Source: a virus
Virus record (IMG/VR): IMGVR_UViG_3300042731_005759
Location: 32,001-96,000 of that record
Strand: one strand, 5' to 3'
DNA length: 64,000 bases
Shown here one piece after another: positions 9,051 to 18,796 of this stretch. Every line of letters begins with the position of its first letter. Position 1 is the first letter of the stretch. Under the pieces are notes generated by a model. The model was given only the letters and a program-made list of their open reading frames with translations, had not been told where the DNA came from and ran no database searches. The translations under genes were made by a program, and so were the position numbers.

Positions 9051-11105
9051 ATGGCGTTTAAAAAGATATCGGATTTAAATTCAAATTTAACACCAAGTGG
9101 GAGTGGATTAATCCCTATTTCACAAAATGGTGAGACTTTCAGTACAACATTAGACACAATAAAAGGTCAGATTGAAGGTGGTTTAACGGGTTCCTTTGCA
9201 ACAACGTCATCTCTTAATGATTTAGAGTTGGTTGTAAATAGTACAACCTCGTCAGTAGATGAGTTAAATACGTTCACTTCGTCAGTTGGTGGTCGAGTAG
9301 ATTCTCTCGAAACTTTTACAGGTTCTTTAGATGATAGTTTTGCGTCTGATATTGAATTAAGTGATTTACGTGATTATTTTAACAGTTATACATCATCTAA
9401 TAATAATGTAAATACACAACAAAATACAAGATTAGATTCTATTGAGGAAAGACTTAATAACATAGAGACTATATTAAATGAGTGTTGTTTAGGTCCAACT
9501 TCTACTCCACAACCTACTTTTATTCCTACGTCCACACCCGCACCAACACAAAACCCAACATCAACCCCTGCACCAACATTTGAACCGACACCTAACCCTA
9601 CATCTACTCCTATACCAACACAAACACAACAACCGACACCTAACCCGACCGCCACTCCACCACCAAGTGCAACACCACAAGCAACACCCGAACCTACAGC
9701 AACAATATTACCAACATCAACACCTCAGGCAACACCTAATCCAACCGCTACGGAGGCACCAACGAGTACACCTGCACCAACAGCAACTGTAGAACCAACT
9801 CCTAATCCTACTCCAAACCCAACACCTAACCCAACACCTAACCCGACCGCAGAACCAACCCCTAATCCCACACCTATACCAAGTGCAACACCACAAGCAA
9901 CTCCAAATCCAACTGCAACGGAAGGACCAACAAGTACACCAGCACCAAGTGCAACACCTCAGGCAACACCTGAACCTACCGCAACAGAAGATTTACCGCC
10001 CGCAACTCCACAACCAACCGCAACTGTAGAACCAACACCAGTGCCGACATCAACTGTGGGTCCAACGAGTACACCTATACCTACTGCAACACCACAGGCA
10101 ACACCCGAACCTACGTCAACAATACCACCAACTTCAACACCACAGGCAACTCCAAATCCTACTCCGACGAGTACATCTACATTATCCGCAATTAATTTAG
10201 TTTCGAGATTAAATTTGGGGACTTATGAAACAAGAAATTCAACTCTTTCAAACGCAAATTCATTTATTTGTAATAATAACATTTATAACACAACAGTACC
10301 TAACGATTTATATACTTCAGGTAGTCCAACAAATCCACAAACAGGCGATATACTCTATTTAGACGATCAAACCTTAGGTATAAATTATTACGTCAATGAA
10401 GAGTTTTTACATATTAATTTAGATCCAAATAACAACAATTGGAATGTTGTTACTGATTGGAGATGGATTACTACTGACGCAAACGGAATTATGACCGTAA
10501 CACAACTAAGTGCGTGTCCAACACCTAACCCAACAAGTACTTCTATACCAACCGCAACACCACAGGAAACACCAGTACCAACGAGTACACCAGTACCAAC
10601 TGCAACACCAGGATCAACTCCTGTACCGACAGCCACACCAGCACCAAGTGCGACACCTCAGGCAACACCTAATCCTACGGCAACTGAGGGTCCAACATCG
10701 ACTCCTAACCCCACAAATACACCACCTGCAACTCCACAACCAACCGCAACTGTAGAACCAACAAGTACTCCTATACCAACATCAACACCTCAGGCAACAC
10801 CTAATCCTACTGCAACTATACCACCACCGACACCTAACCCAACAATTGCACCCACATCAACACCAGTACCAACTGCAACACCAGGATCAACTCCTGCACC
10901 GACACCAACAGGCACTCCTTCACCAAGTCCAACTGGTACACCTAATGCAACTCCTGAACCAACTGCAACCACACCACCTGCAACTCCACAACCAACAGCA
11001 ACTGTAGGTCCAACGAGTACACCATCACCAACTTCAACACCTGGTTCACCAACACCAACACCTACGTTTGATCAACCTAACACAATATACGTACATGTAC
11101 CTTAA
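9051..11105 (+). CDS. Putative fibre protein: N-terminal anchor and coiled coil, two Pro/Thr stalks flanking a small globular domain
   Basis: MAFKKISDL start typical of fibre proteins, heptad region, PT repeats at about 9495-10180 and 10518-11070. Confidence 0.7.
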   Translation: MAFKKISDLNSNLTPSGSGLIPISQNGETFSTTLDTIKGQIEGGLTGSFATTSSLNDLELVVNSTTSSVDELNTFTSSVGGRVDSLETFTGSLDDSFASDIELSDLRDYFNSYTSSNNNVNTQQNTRLDSIEERLNNIETILNECCLGPTSTPQPTFIPTSTPAPTQNPTSTPAPTFEPTPNPTSTPIPTQTQQPTPNPTATPPPSATPQATPEPTATILPTSTPQATPNPTATEAPTSTPAPTATVEPTPNPTPNPTPNPTPNPTAEPTPNPTPIPSATPQATPNPTATEGPTSTPAPSATPQATPEPTATEDLPPATPQPTATVEPTPVPTSTVGPTSTPIPTATPQATPEPTSTIPPTSTPQATPNPTPTSTSTLSAINLVSRLNLGTYETRNSTLSNANSFICNNNIYNTTVPNDLYTSGSPTNPQTGDILYLDDQTLGINYYVNEEFLHINLDPNNNNWNVVTDWRWITTDANGIMTVTQLSACPTPNPTSTSIPTATPQETPVPTSTPVPTATPGSTPVPTATPAPSATPQATPNPTATEGPTSTPNPTNTPPATPQPTATVEPTSTPIPTSTPQATPNPTATIPPPTPNPTIAPTSTPVPTATPGSTPAPTPTGTPSPSPTGTPNATPEPTATTPPATPQPTATVGPTSTPSPTSTPGSPTPTPTFDQPNTIYVHVP

Positions 11106-11117
11106 ACGATTTGAGAT

Positions 11118-13325
11118 ATGAATAACAATAGATTAAAACAAATAACTCAAGAACTTAACGAAAACACGTCTAATGACATTGTGAGTGTTTCTTATGGATT
11201 TAAAACCGTTAATGGTAAATTAACAAACGAGAAGTCTATAATTTTTACCGTCAAAGAGAAAAAACCGATTGAAGATATACCACAAGATGAACTCTTACCT
11301 TCTTCTGTGGATGTTGATGGTGAAAATGTTAATACCGATGTTATTCAAGGGGAAATAAGAGCACAGGGTTTTGGTAATTTTTGTGTTCCTGAATGGACTA
11401 ATTGGCTTTCAACCCCACCTCAAAATAGAAACGTACATAGACCACTGATGGGTGGTGTATCCACAACAAATTATTCTAAATTACAAAACTATGTAGGTAC
11501 CTTAGGATTTTTCGCTGTAGATAATGAAGATAATAGTTTGGTTGGTGTTTCAAATAACCACGTATTAATAGACGATGCGTTTTTGGCCACAGAAAGAGAC
11601 CCTTTAAATAGTGAAATAACAAACACGCTTTTACATGAGATTACACAACCGAATGAAGTTGGAAATTCAGGGTCCCAATATAAAGTAGGTATTGTAAAAA
11701 AATACCAACCTCTTGTTGGTGCAAACACTGTTGATGCGGCCTTAGTTGCGATTGATGACTTGAGTTTAGTGGATCCTGCGGTATCGTGGCAACAATTTGG
11801 TATAACGGGAATGACCCAAGCACCGAGATTTGCAACAACTTCAGAGATCAACACTTTATTGGAGAATCCGTCAACGGAGTATTACGTATCAAGTAGAACT
11901 ACAGGACCAAAGGGACAACAAGACACAAAACTTTTGAACTTCGCAAGTGCAAGTTCAATTTATATTAATTACACTAAACAAGGTGCAGATCAGGCGGTTT
12001 ACATGAACGATACCTTTGAATTGGTTGCAAGTGGTTCCACAACTCCAACGGGCGATTATTGTTTTTACCCGTCAACGGGTGGAGATTCAGGTTCCGCGAT
12101 ACTTGCTCAAATAGAGAGTCAATTTGTGATTGTTGGTTTATTATATGGTGGAAGATACACACAGGTAGGTGATGATAGTTACCCAACACATACATTATGT
12201 AATAGGATTGATAACGTAGCATCAGCATTAAACATAAGTGCTTGGGACGGATCACTAAATGGTATTATCCCTGATAATACGTCGGGTCCGATAACACATG
12301 TTGTCGGTGGTTTGAGTAGTCAAAAAACAATTACAGTTAATGGTTTAGAATATTGGCAACATGGGTTAGTTTTAAATTCGTCAATGCAACCCGATCCGAC
12401 ACCTCAACCATCACCAACCGCAACTATCGGTCCAACACCTACAAGTACACCTGACGCAACACCTCAACCAACTCCCGAACCAACAGGGGTAGTTGATCCA
12501 ACACCAACCCCTAACCCCACAAATACACCTGCACCTACAGCTACGGTAGTACCACAAACACTTTATTTGGATTATGACCATTTAAATTCGTGTAGTACGG
12601 CCAACTTAATATTGTCTGTTAATGGTGTTCAACAAGGTGGAAATATAAACCTAACTCAAGGTAGTACAGGATCAGGAACGATAAGAGGACCAATTTACAC
12701 GTATCCTGGCGATGTGGTTTCATTACAATTTAAACCTTTCAACCTGATTTCACCATGTACATTATCATACCAAAATCCAACAGTGGAGGTATTTAATAAC
12801 ACTGTGTCAGTGGCAACGAACTCAAATGATGGTGTTTATAGTACCTACCAATACACAGTAGGGTCGGGCCCATTTGCAGAAGATGGTAGTACTGATGTAA
12901 CATTATTAGTTGAGATGAACAGTTCCCCCGTACCAACAGCAACACCTGTTCCAACATATACACTTACATTAGAAAACGTAACATCATCCACATATGCTGA
13001 ACAATGTGCAAAAGGTTACATTACGGTTGAGAAGAACGGATCGGTGGTTGCAACACTCACCAAAACCCAAGGAAATACATACGCGAATTGGGACACATCT
13101 TCAGTCTCATTTACTGCTGCAGATGTAGTTACAATGAAATCATACTCACAAGGTGGAGGAGGTTCAGGTTGTACGGCTCTTGAAGACACCACTGTTAGAT
13201 GTGTATATAACGGTTCAGCAAGAACATTATCACAAGCTAATGCGGGAACAAATGGTCAATCATACACAGTGACCAACCAAAATGGCACGGCTTTCGGTTG
13301 GTTCTTTGAAGTGGGTATAGTTTAA
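11118..13325 (+). CDS. Trypsin-like (Nal1-like) serine protease fused through PT linkers to two beta-rich domains
   Basis: GTLG; SNNHV (His148); VDAAL (Asp206); GGDSGS (Ser324). Confidence 0.8.
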   Translation: MNNNRLKQITQELNENTSNDIVSVSYGFKTVNGKLTNEKSIIFTVKEKKPIEDIPQDELLPSSVDVDGENVNTDVIQGEIRAQGFGNFCVPEWTNWLSTPPQNRNVHRPLMGGVSTTNYSKLQNYVGTLGFFAVDNEDNSLVGVSNNHVLIDDAFLATERDPLNSEITNTLLHEITQPNEVGNSGSQYKVGIVKKYQPLVGANTVDAALVAIDDLSLVDPAVSWQQFGITGMTQAPRFATTSEINTLLENPSTEYYVSSRTTGPKGQQDTKLLNFASASSIYINYTKQGADQAVYMNDTFELVASGSTTPTGDYCFYPSTGGDSGSAILAQIESQFVIVGLLYGGRYTQVGDDSYPTHTLCNRIDNVASALNISAWDGSLNGIIPDNTSGPITHVVGGLSSQKTITVNGLEYWQHGLVLNSSMQPDPTPQPSPTATIGPTPTSTPDATPQPTPEPTGVVDPTPTPNPTNTPAPTATVVPQTLYLDYDHLNSCSTANLILSVNGVQQGGNINLTQGSTGSGTIRGPIYTYPGDVVSLQFKPFNLISPCTLSYQNPTVEVFNNTVSVATNSNDGVYSTYQYTVGSGPFAEDGSTDVTLLVEMNSSPVPTATPVPTYTLTLENVTSSTYAEQCAKGYITVEKNGSVVATLTKTQGNTYANWDTSSVSFTAADVVTMKSYSQGGGGSGCTALEDTTVRCVYNGSARTLSQANAGTNGQSYTVTNQNGTAFGWFFEVGIV

Positions 13326-13346
13326 ATAAATTAAGTATTTATTGAT

Positions 13347-13715
13347 ATGGAATTTTTTATAAGAAAAGGGGCAACAGACCCAATTTTAAAATTACAATTA
13401 TTAGATGATGGTAAAAACGATAAATCATCTTTAAATGATTTATTAGAAAATGCGGACATTACCTTTGATATGATAGATATTGATACTGATGTTCCTGAGA
13501 TTTTAGGTTCTCCCTGTAAACTTGCATATAGAACAAAAAAATACGATCAAACAACTGACGAGTATTATATAACTTATAGATTTACTGAATCACAAACAAA
13601 AAAGTCTGGTAAATTTGAGGGTATTGTCAATATTCAATTTAGAGATACTGATCTACAACCAACCAACAAACTTATAGTTCCAATCAAAGAAAAACTATTT
13701 ATCAATATTATTTAA
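13347..13715 (+). CDS. Small structural protein, BppU N-terminal-like
   Basis: F-x-I-R-K-G-A-T-x-P-x-L-x-L-x-L start and Y-x-F...T...G-x-F-x-G pattern. Confidence 0.5.
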   Translation: MEFFIRKGATDPILKLQLLDDGKNDKSSLNDLLENADITFDMIDIDTDVPEILGSPCKLAYRTKKYDQTTDEYYITYRFTESQTKKSGKFEGIVNIQFRDTDLQPTNKLIVPIKEKLFINII

Positions 13716-13767
13716 GATTTTTTCATTTATCATTAATCTCTTTACTATTATCGGGTTTTTTGGGTTC

Positions 13768-13798
13768 TTGATATTCTAATTAATATTTCGTATATTTG
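13768..13798 (+). promoter_or_regulatory. Putative host-sigma promoter of DNA polymerase (Bacteroidota type)
   Basis: TTG-N20-TATATTTG matches the Bacteroidota -33/-7 consensus TTG...TAnnTTTG; also reads as TTGATA-N17-TATATT. Confidence 0.65.
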
Positions 13799-13862
13799 TA
13801 GTGAAGACTAACTACGCTACACAGTAGTGTAAGATAATATGTCAAACTAATTTATACTATTA

Positions 13863-16721
13863 ATGAAAGATATCATCTCACAAGAGGTAATCGAAGAGTT
13901 CCTCAATGGATCAGACCCTGAAGAATATATTGTAGGGTTAGAATACGAATACAGATCCAACATCATCTACAAAATTATTCAACACCCTGAAAAAGGTAAA
14001 GTAATTAGACAAGATAAGTTAACCCCTTTTCTTTGGGTTGACGATATTACTTGTCTAAACTTCTATAATGGAAGTAAAGCCATGCAAAGGAAGAAAATGA
14101 TGGAGTATGGTATTACCATCGAAAAACTCGATGATGGTGGTAATGAAAGATTAAGTAATGGTTTTAATTTTCTTGTTAAGAGTAGTAAAGGATATCGAGA
14201 ACTATTAAGTTTTTTTAGACAAGGAGGTATTAATCCGTGGGATGATAAATTGGGTCCTGATGGTAAAAAAATAAAAGATCATTTTATTCTACTAAACCCA
14301 AAAGAACAATATCTAATACAGAAAGAAAAAAGACTTTTTAAAGGTATCGAAGAGTATGATGATGTTCATAGATTAGTATTCGATATTGAGACAACGGGTC
14401 TTGATCCTGAAACAGATAAAATCATTCTAATCGGAATGAAGGATAATCGTGGTTTTGTCAAGATCATCAGCGCATTTGGTGAAGATGGTGAGAAAGATTG
14501 TATTATTGAGTTTTTCAAATATGTCAAAGAATTAAAACCCACAATTTTTGCGGGATATAACTCAGCGTTTTTCGATTTCCCTTTTATTCTTAGACGAGCG
14601 GAGATCTTGGGTATCAATATCGAAGATCACACACAAATATTCACCACACAGGGGATGAAAGAGAAAACAGGTATTTTAAAACTTGCAAATGAAATAGAAG
14701 AGTATACGCAACACCTGATATGGGGTATGAATATATTAGATATTGCACATGCAGTAAGACGTGCACAGGCGATTAATTCTGATATTAAATCATGGGGTTT
14801 GAAGTATATAACAACGTATCTCGGTGCTGAAAAAGAAAACAGGGTATACGTTGATGGTGCTTGGATATCTAAAACATACTTAGATAATGAAAGTCATTAT
14901 ATGAACCCAAAGACAGGTAAATATAAAAAGATAGGTGACCCTGGTACTGAAAATTTATTACAAAGATTCCCTAATAGTTACGAGGTATGGACGGGTAGAA
15001 AGATAGTTGAACAGTATCTCGATGATGACCTTTATGAAACTATGGTTGTTGATGATTCATTTAGTCAATCAACATTCTTACTTTCTAAATTAGTACCTAC
15101 AACTTATGAGAGGGTCTCTACTATGGGTACTGCAACTCTATGGAAACTTATAATGTTGGCGTGGTCATATAAACATAAATTATCAATTCCTGAAAAACAA
15201 GAAAGAAGGGCAATTACAGGTGGACTTTCACGACTTCTAACTTGTGGGTATTCTGAACAGGTAGTTAAATTTGACTACTCATCTCTTTATCCGTCGATTC
15301 AACTTGTTTATGATGTATTTCCTGATTGTGATGTTATGGGGGTACAAAAATCGATGTTAAAATATTTTAGGGATGTTCGTATTAAGTATAAAAAACTTGC
15401 GGCACAACACTCTAAATCAGATCCTGAATTATCTAAAAAGTTTGATAGAAAACAATTACCGATTAAAATATTCATTAATGCTTATTTCGGTTCTCTTTCA
15501 GCACCACAAGTTTTTCCTTGGGGCGATATGGATATGGGAGAAACAATCACGTGTGTTGGTAGACAAAGTTTACGTATGATGATTATGTTCTTTAAAAAGA
15601 AAGGATATACTGCACTTGTGATGGACACGGATGGTGTTAACTTTTCTTGTCCTGATGATGTAGAGAGTAGAGAATATGTGGGGAAAGGTAAGAATGAATT
15701 GGTAGAAGAAGGTAAACTATATAAAGGTGCTGAAGCCGATACTGCGGAGTTTAATGATATATTCATGAGGGGTGAGATGGGATTAGACATCGACTATGTC
15801 GCACCATCGACAGTTAATATTGCAAGAAAAAATTATGTACTTAAAAAACCAAGTGGTGGTCTAAAATTAACAGGTAACACAATCAAATCAAAAAACTTAC
15901 ATGGTTACATTGTAGATTTCTTAGATGAAGGACTTAAACTAATGTTAGATGGTAAAGGACACGAATTTTTAGAACTGTATTATTCATATATCGAAAAGAT
16001 TTATAATAAAGATATTCCACTTGCGAAGATTGCAAATAAATCAAGGGTTAAACAATCCGTAGATGACTATAAGAAACACATCACAAAAAGAACTAAAAGT
16101 GGTTCTCTTATGGCAAGACAAGCACATATGGAATTGATTATACAAAACAATTATCTACCAAGTATGGGTGAGACTATTTTTTATGTAAACAATGGTACTG
16201 CGAAATCTCATGGTGATGTACAAAAAATTGCAAAGACTAACGATGTCAAAATCAACAGTTATATGATCACCGAAAAAGAGATGGCTGAGAACCCTGATAT
16301 GAAAGGTGAATATAATGTTGCGAGATATATTAATACATTTAATAAAAGAATCGAACCTCTTATGGTAGTATTCGATCCTGAGATTAGAAACGACATTTTG
16401 GTTGATAATCCTGAGAAACGACCATACTTCACACCAAAACAATGTGAATTAGTTTCAGGTCATCCAATGAAAGAGGGTGGTCAAGATAGTTTTGAAGAGG
16501 TGATGACTTTATCAGATAGTGAAGTTTTATTTTGGAATAAAGTTAAGAGAGACCCATTTTTCTTGTATCTCGAGAACAGTATTGATTATGTTGATCCTTT
16601 TTGGGTAAATAAGAATAGATCAGTACTAAACTTTAAATTAGATAGTTCACCATCACAAGATTCAGATATAATTGAGAGGAATGGTCATGATTATGCAACC
16701 CACACAGACGATAGGGTTTAA
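13863..16721 (+). CDS. Family B DNA polymerase with 3'-5' exonuclease domain
   Basis: FDIETTG, YNSAFFDFPF, DYSSLYPS, KIFINAYFG, DTDG motifs; no intein seen. Confidence 0.95.
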   Translation: MKDIISQEVIEEFLNGSDPEEYIVGLEYEYRSNIIYKIIQHPEKGKVIRQDKLTPFLWVDDITCLNFYNGSKAMQRKKMMEYGITIEKLDDGGNERLSNGFNFLVKSSKGYRELLSFFRQGGINPWDDKLGPDGKKIKDHFILLNPKEQYLIQKEKRLFKGIEEYDDVHRLVFDIETTGLDPETDKIILIGMKDNRGFVKIISAFGEDGEKDCIIEFFKYVKELKPTIFAGYNSAFFDFPFILRRAEILGINIEDHTQIFTTQGMKEKTGILKLANEIEEYTQHLIWGMNILDIAHAVRRAQAINSDIKSWGLKYITTYLGAEKENRVYVDGAWISKTYLDNESHYMNPKTGKYKKIGDPGTENLLQRFPNSYEVWTGRKIVEQYLDDDLYETMVVDDSFSQSTFLLSKLVPTTYERVSTMGTATLWKLIMLAWSYKHKLSIPEKQERRAITGGLSRLLTCGYSEQVVKFDYSSLYPSIQLVYDVFPDCDVMGVQKSMLKYFRDVRIKYKKLAAQHSKSDPELSKKFDRKQLPIKIFINAYFGSLSAPQVFPWGDMDMGETITCVGRQSLRMMIMFFKKKGYTALVMDTDGVNFSCPDDVESREYVGKGKNELVEEGKLYKGAEADTAEFNDIFMRGEMGLDIDYVAPSTVNIARKNYVLKKPSGGLKLTGNTIKSKNLHGYIVDFLDEGLKLMLDGKGHEFLELYYSYIEKIYNKDIPLAKIANKSRVKQSVDDYKKHITKRTKSGSLMARQAHMELIIQNNYLPSMGETIFYVNNGTAKSHGDVQKIAKTNDVKINSYMITEKEMAENPDMKGEYNVARYINTFNKRIEPLMVVFDPEIRNDILVDNPEKRPYFTPKQCELVSGHPMKEGGQDSFEEVMTLSDSEVLFWNKVKRDPFFLYLENSIDYVDPFWVNKNRSVLNFKLDSSPSQDSDIIERNGHDYATHTDDRV

Positions 16722-17836
16722 ATCATATTAAACGGTGATTGTATAGGTCGATATTTTAGGGATTTATTAAGATTCTCCGCTTCGTTACCTTTTCTTTCTA
16801 ACATTTTGTCAGGACGTAATCTCTCTAATCGGTTCATCAATTCCTCGAGAAGTTTTAATTTCTCATCCTTACCTTCTGTAAGTAAAGAGGTATAATCCAA
16901 TTTGATTTGACTATCGGGTACTTGTAAGTCCCCTGAGAATTTAGAATATATTCTACCTAAACCTTCTTTTGAGTATGCGATTAAGTATTTACGAACCCAA
17001 TTCTGTGCGGGTCTGTTTAATGTTTCCCAAGTTAGTTCTTCAGTGGCGATGTCAGAAGGTAATTTAACTACGTCTTTGTTTTTTTCCAAACAATCGTCTC
17101 TATCGAATGTATCGTAATACCAATACCACACATAGAAATTGTGTTGTTGGATAGATCCGAAGTCAAACCTACCACCTGGTACATTTGCTAAGTGAACATA
17201 TTTTTTACCTTCAGGACCTGCAGTGATTCTATAAGTAAGTTCACCACCAATCAAACGGTTCTTAATGTTTCTATCTTGCATACGTGATAATAGGTCATAT
17301 GCGGGTAACATAAAGTAAGAACCTGAGGTTCCCATTTGTGCAAATCCACCAACCCCACCAAAACCTACACCACCGAGACCACCAAAACCACCTAAAAATG
17401 GATCCACAATAGAGTCGGTTAGTTCCGCCCTTGTGAACCAAAGTAGTTCATTTATCTCTCTACCAGCAGGTATTTCATAAACTTGTTGATTTGCGACAAG
17501 TTCTATCTTGTCTTTTTTAAGTACATAATCTCCCCCAGCTTGGAGACCAACAATTTTTGAATATGCGTAAGTGTATTGAGTCTCATAATCAACGGACCTC
17601 GTCGTAAACGCTCTCGTCAGTGATTGTGTGTCAACATCTAACCCCGCAAGAGCAGACCATTGTGATTCGATTAACCAATCGCTCACATATTGTTCATACT
17701 CATCGAGAGATAATTCGAGGAATGTATCCATTTGTTCCTCTGTTAACTCGATGGATCTAACAGGCATCCCTAAAAGGTGTAGGACCTGTGAGAAAAGTTT
17801 ATCCCTATTGTCTGGTGTAATGATTGTACTTGCCAT
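16718..17836 (-). CDS. Neck protein (T4 gp13-like head-tail adaptor)
   Basis: LG-x-P-V-x-x-I-E-L-T-x-E-Q-x-D N-terminus; late motif upstream at 17852-17858 on the minus strand. Confidence 0.7.
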   Translation of the reverse strand: MASTIITPDNRDKLFSQVLHLLGMPVRSIELTEEQMDTFLELSLDEYEQYVSDWLIESQWSALAGLDVDTQSLTRAFTTRSVDYETQYTYAYSKIVGLQAGGDYVLKKDKIELVANQQVYEIPAGREINELLWFTRAELTDSIVDPFLGGFGGLGGVGFGGVGGFAQMGTSGSYFMLPAYDLLSRMQDRNIKNRLIGGELTYRITAGPEGKKYVHLANVPGGRFDFGSIQQHNFYVWYWYYDTFDRDDCLEKNKDVVKLPSDIATEELTWETLNRPAQNWVRKYLIAYSKEGLGRIYSKFSGDLQVPDSQIKLDYTSLLTEGKDEKLKLLEELMNRLERLRPDKMLERKGNEAENLNKSLKYRPIQSPFNMI

Positions 17837-17838
17837 AC

Positions 17839-17867
17839 TTGATTTATTACAATAAATAGTTTATATT
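17839..17867 (+). promoter_or_regulatory. Putative host-sigma promoter, overlapping the divergent late motif
   Basis: TTGATT-N17-TATATT. Confidence 0.5.
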
Positions 17868-17914
17868 TAGAAAAACAGACTCAATCAAAGGAATCATTTA
17901 ATAAAAATAAAGAC

Positions 17915-18796
17915 ATGGGGAATAATTTTGTAACAGATGAAATTTTAAATAAAATTAGATCAAAAAGAAAAGAGTTATTCCCATATGAAAGAATAAATCG
18001 ATTTGGAGTTATCCTTCAGGATGATAGGGCGAAAAAAAGATTAATTTACGGTTGTAGTCAAATACTAAAAGAATTATATTCTGAAATGGATGGAAGATGG
18101 GGTGAGGATCCTTCTCCAAGTACAAATAGAAAGGGTGTGGGGGTATTAGAGATTCATGAGAAAACGGGGGTTCCTTATTGGAGTCACCTAAACTTTTTGA
18201 ATACGAATTGGAGTATGTTAGACAGAACTCTCATGTATTTTGAGTATGTACAGGGCCACAAAATTGTTTGGGAAAGTGACCCATATAAGTACGTAAATGA
18301 TTTCTTGAAACTTTTATATAAATTTAAAGAGGAGGTCCTATTAGATTCCTCCGAACTTAAATGGGGTGACCTAAAGAAGATTCACTCAAAAACATGGGCT
18401 AGTGGAGAAAAACACAATAATTTTGTTGTGGAAAACTACCAAACTCTTTTTCCTAATTCTGTAGATGTCGTTAATGGTAGTAGTGAGAAAGGATTAGTGG
18501 ACGACTTTAAGGGTATTGATTGTACTATCATTGGTACAGACGGAGACAAATATTACGTTCAAGTCAAAGGTTGTAATTCGGTTTATTTAGATGAGGGTGT
18601 ATATACCGTACATGTATCGATGAATCTAAATTCATATAAAAACATACATTATTTTGTTTTTTGTCCGTCTGATGAAACTAAAGTATATGTTTTTAAAAAC
18701 GATCCTGAAAGTATATGTAATTGTGATTCTGAGATTGAACCGTGTGTTAAAATACCTGAAAATTTAGTTTTAACGATATCAAATAGATCTTACTAA
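17915..18796 (+). CDS. Hypothetical protein with C-terminal PD-(D/E)xK-like nuclease motif
   Basis: E...DDFKGID-x11-VQVK spacing typical of the restriction-endonuclease-like fold. Confidence 0.5.
   Translation: MGNNFVTDEILNKIRSKRKELFPYERINRFGVILQDDRAKKRLIYGCSQILKELYSEMDGRWGEDPSPSTNRKGVGVLEIHEKTGVPYWSHLNFLNTNWSMLDRTLMYFEYVQGHKIVWESDPYKYVNDFLKLLYKFKEEVLLDSSELKWGDLKKIHSKTWASGEKHNNFVVENYQTLFPNSVDVVNGSSEKGLVDDFKGIDCTIIGTDGDKYYVQVKGCNSVYLDEGVYTVHVSMNLNSYKNIHYFVFCPSDETKVYVFKNDPESICNCDSEIEPCVKIPENLVLTISNRSY

Noticed and set aside
5865-10972. Long antisense and alternate-frame ORFs (VGIGVSVL- and HQ-rich) over the PT repeats
   Set aside because: Shadows of stop-poor repetitive coding DNA; no independent start signals.
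3005-13325. Diversity-generating retroelement acting on repeats or fibres
   Set aside because: No reverse transcriptase, and no template/variable repeat pair differing at adenines.
13696-13702. Intragenic TATTTAT copies, such as the one at the end of the 13347 gene
   Set aside because: The 7-mer is expected by chance in AT-rich DNA; only copies just upstream of start codons were counted.
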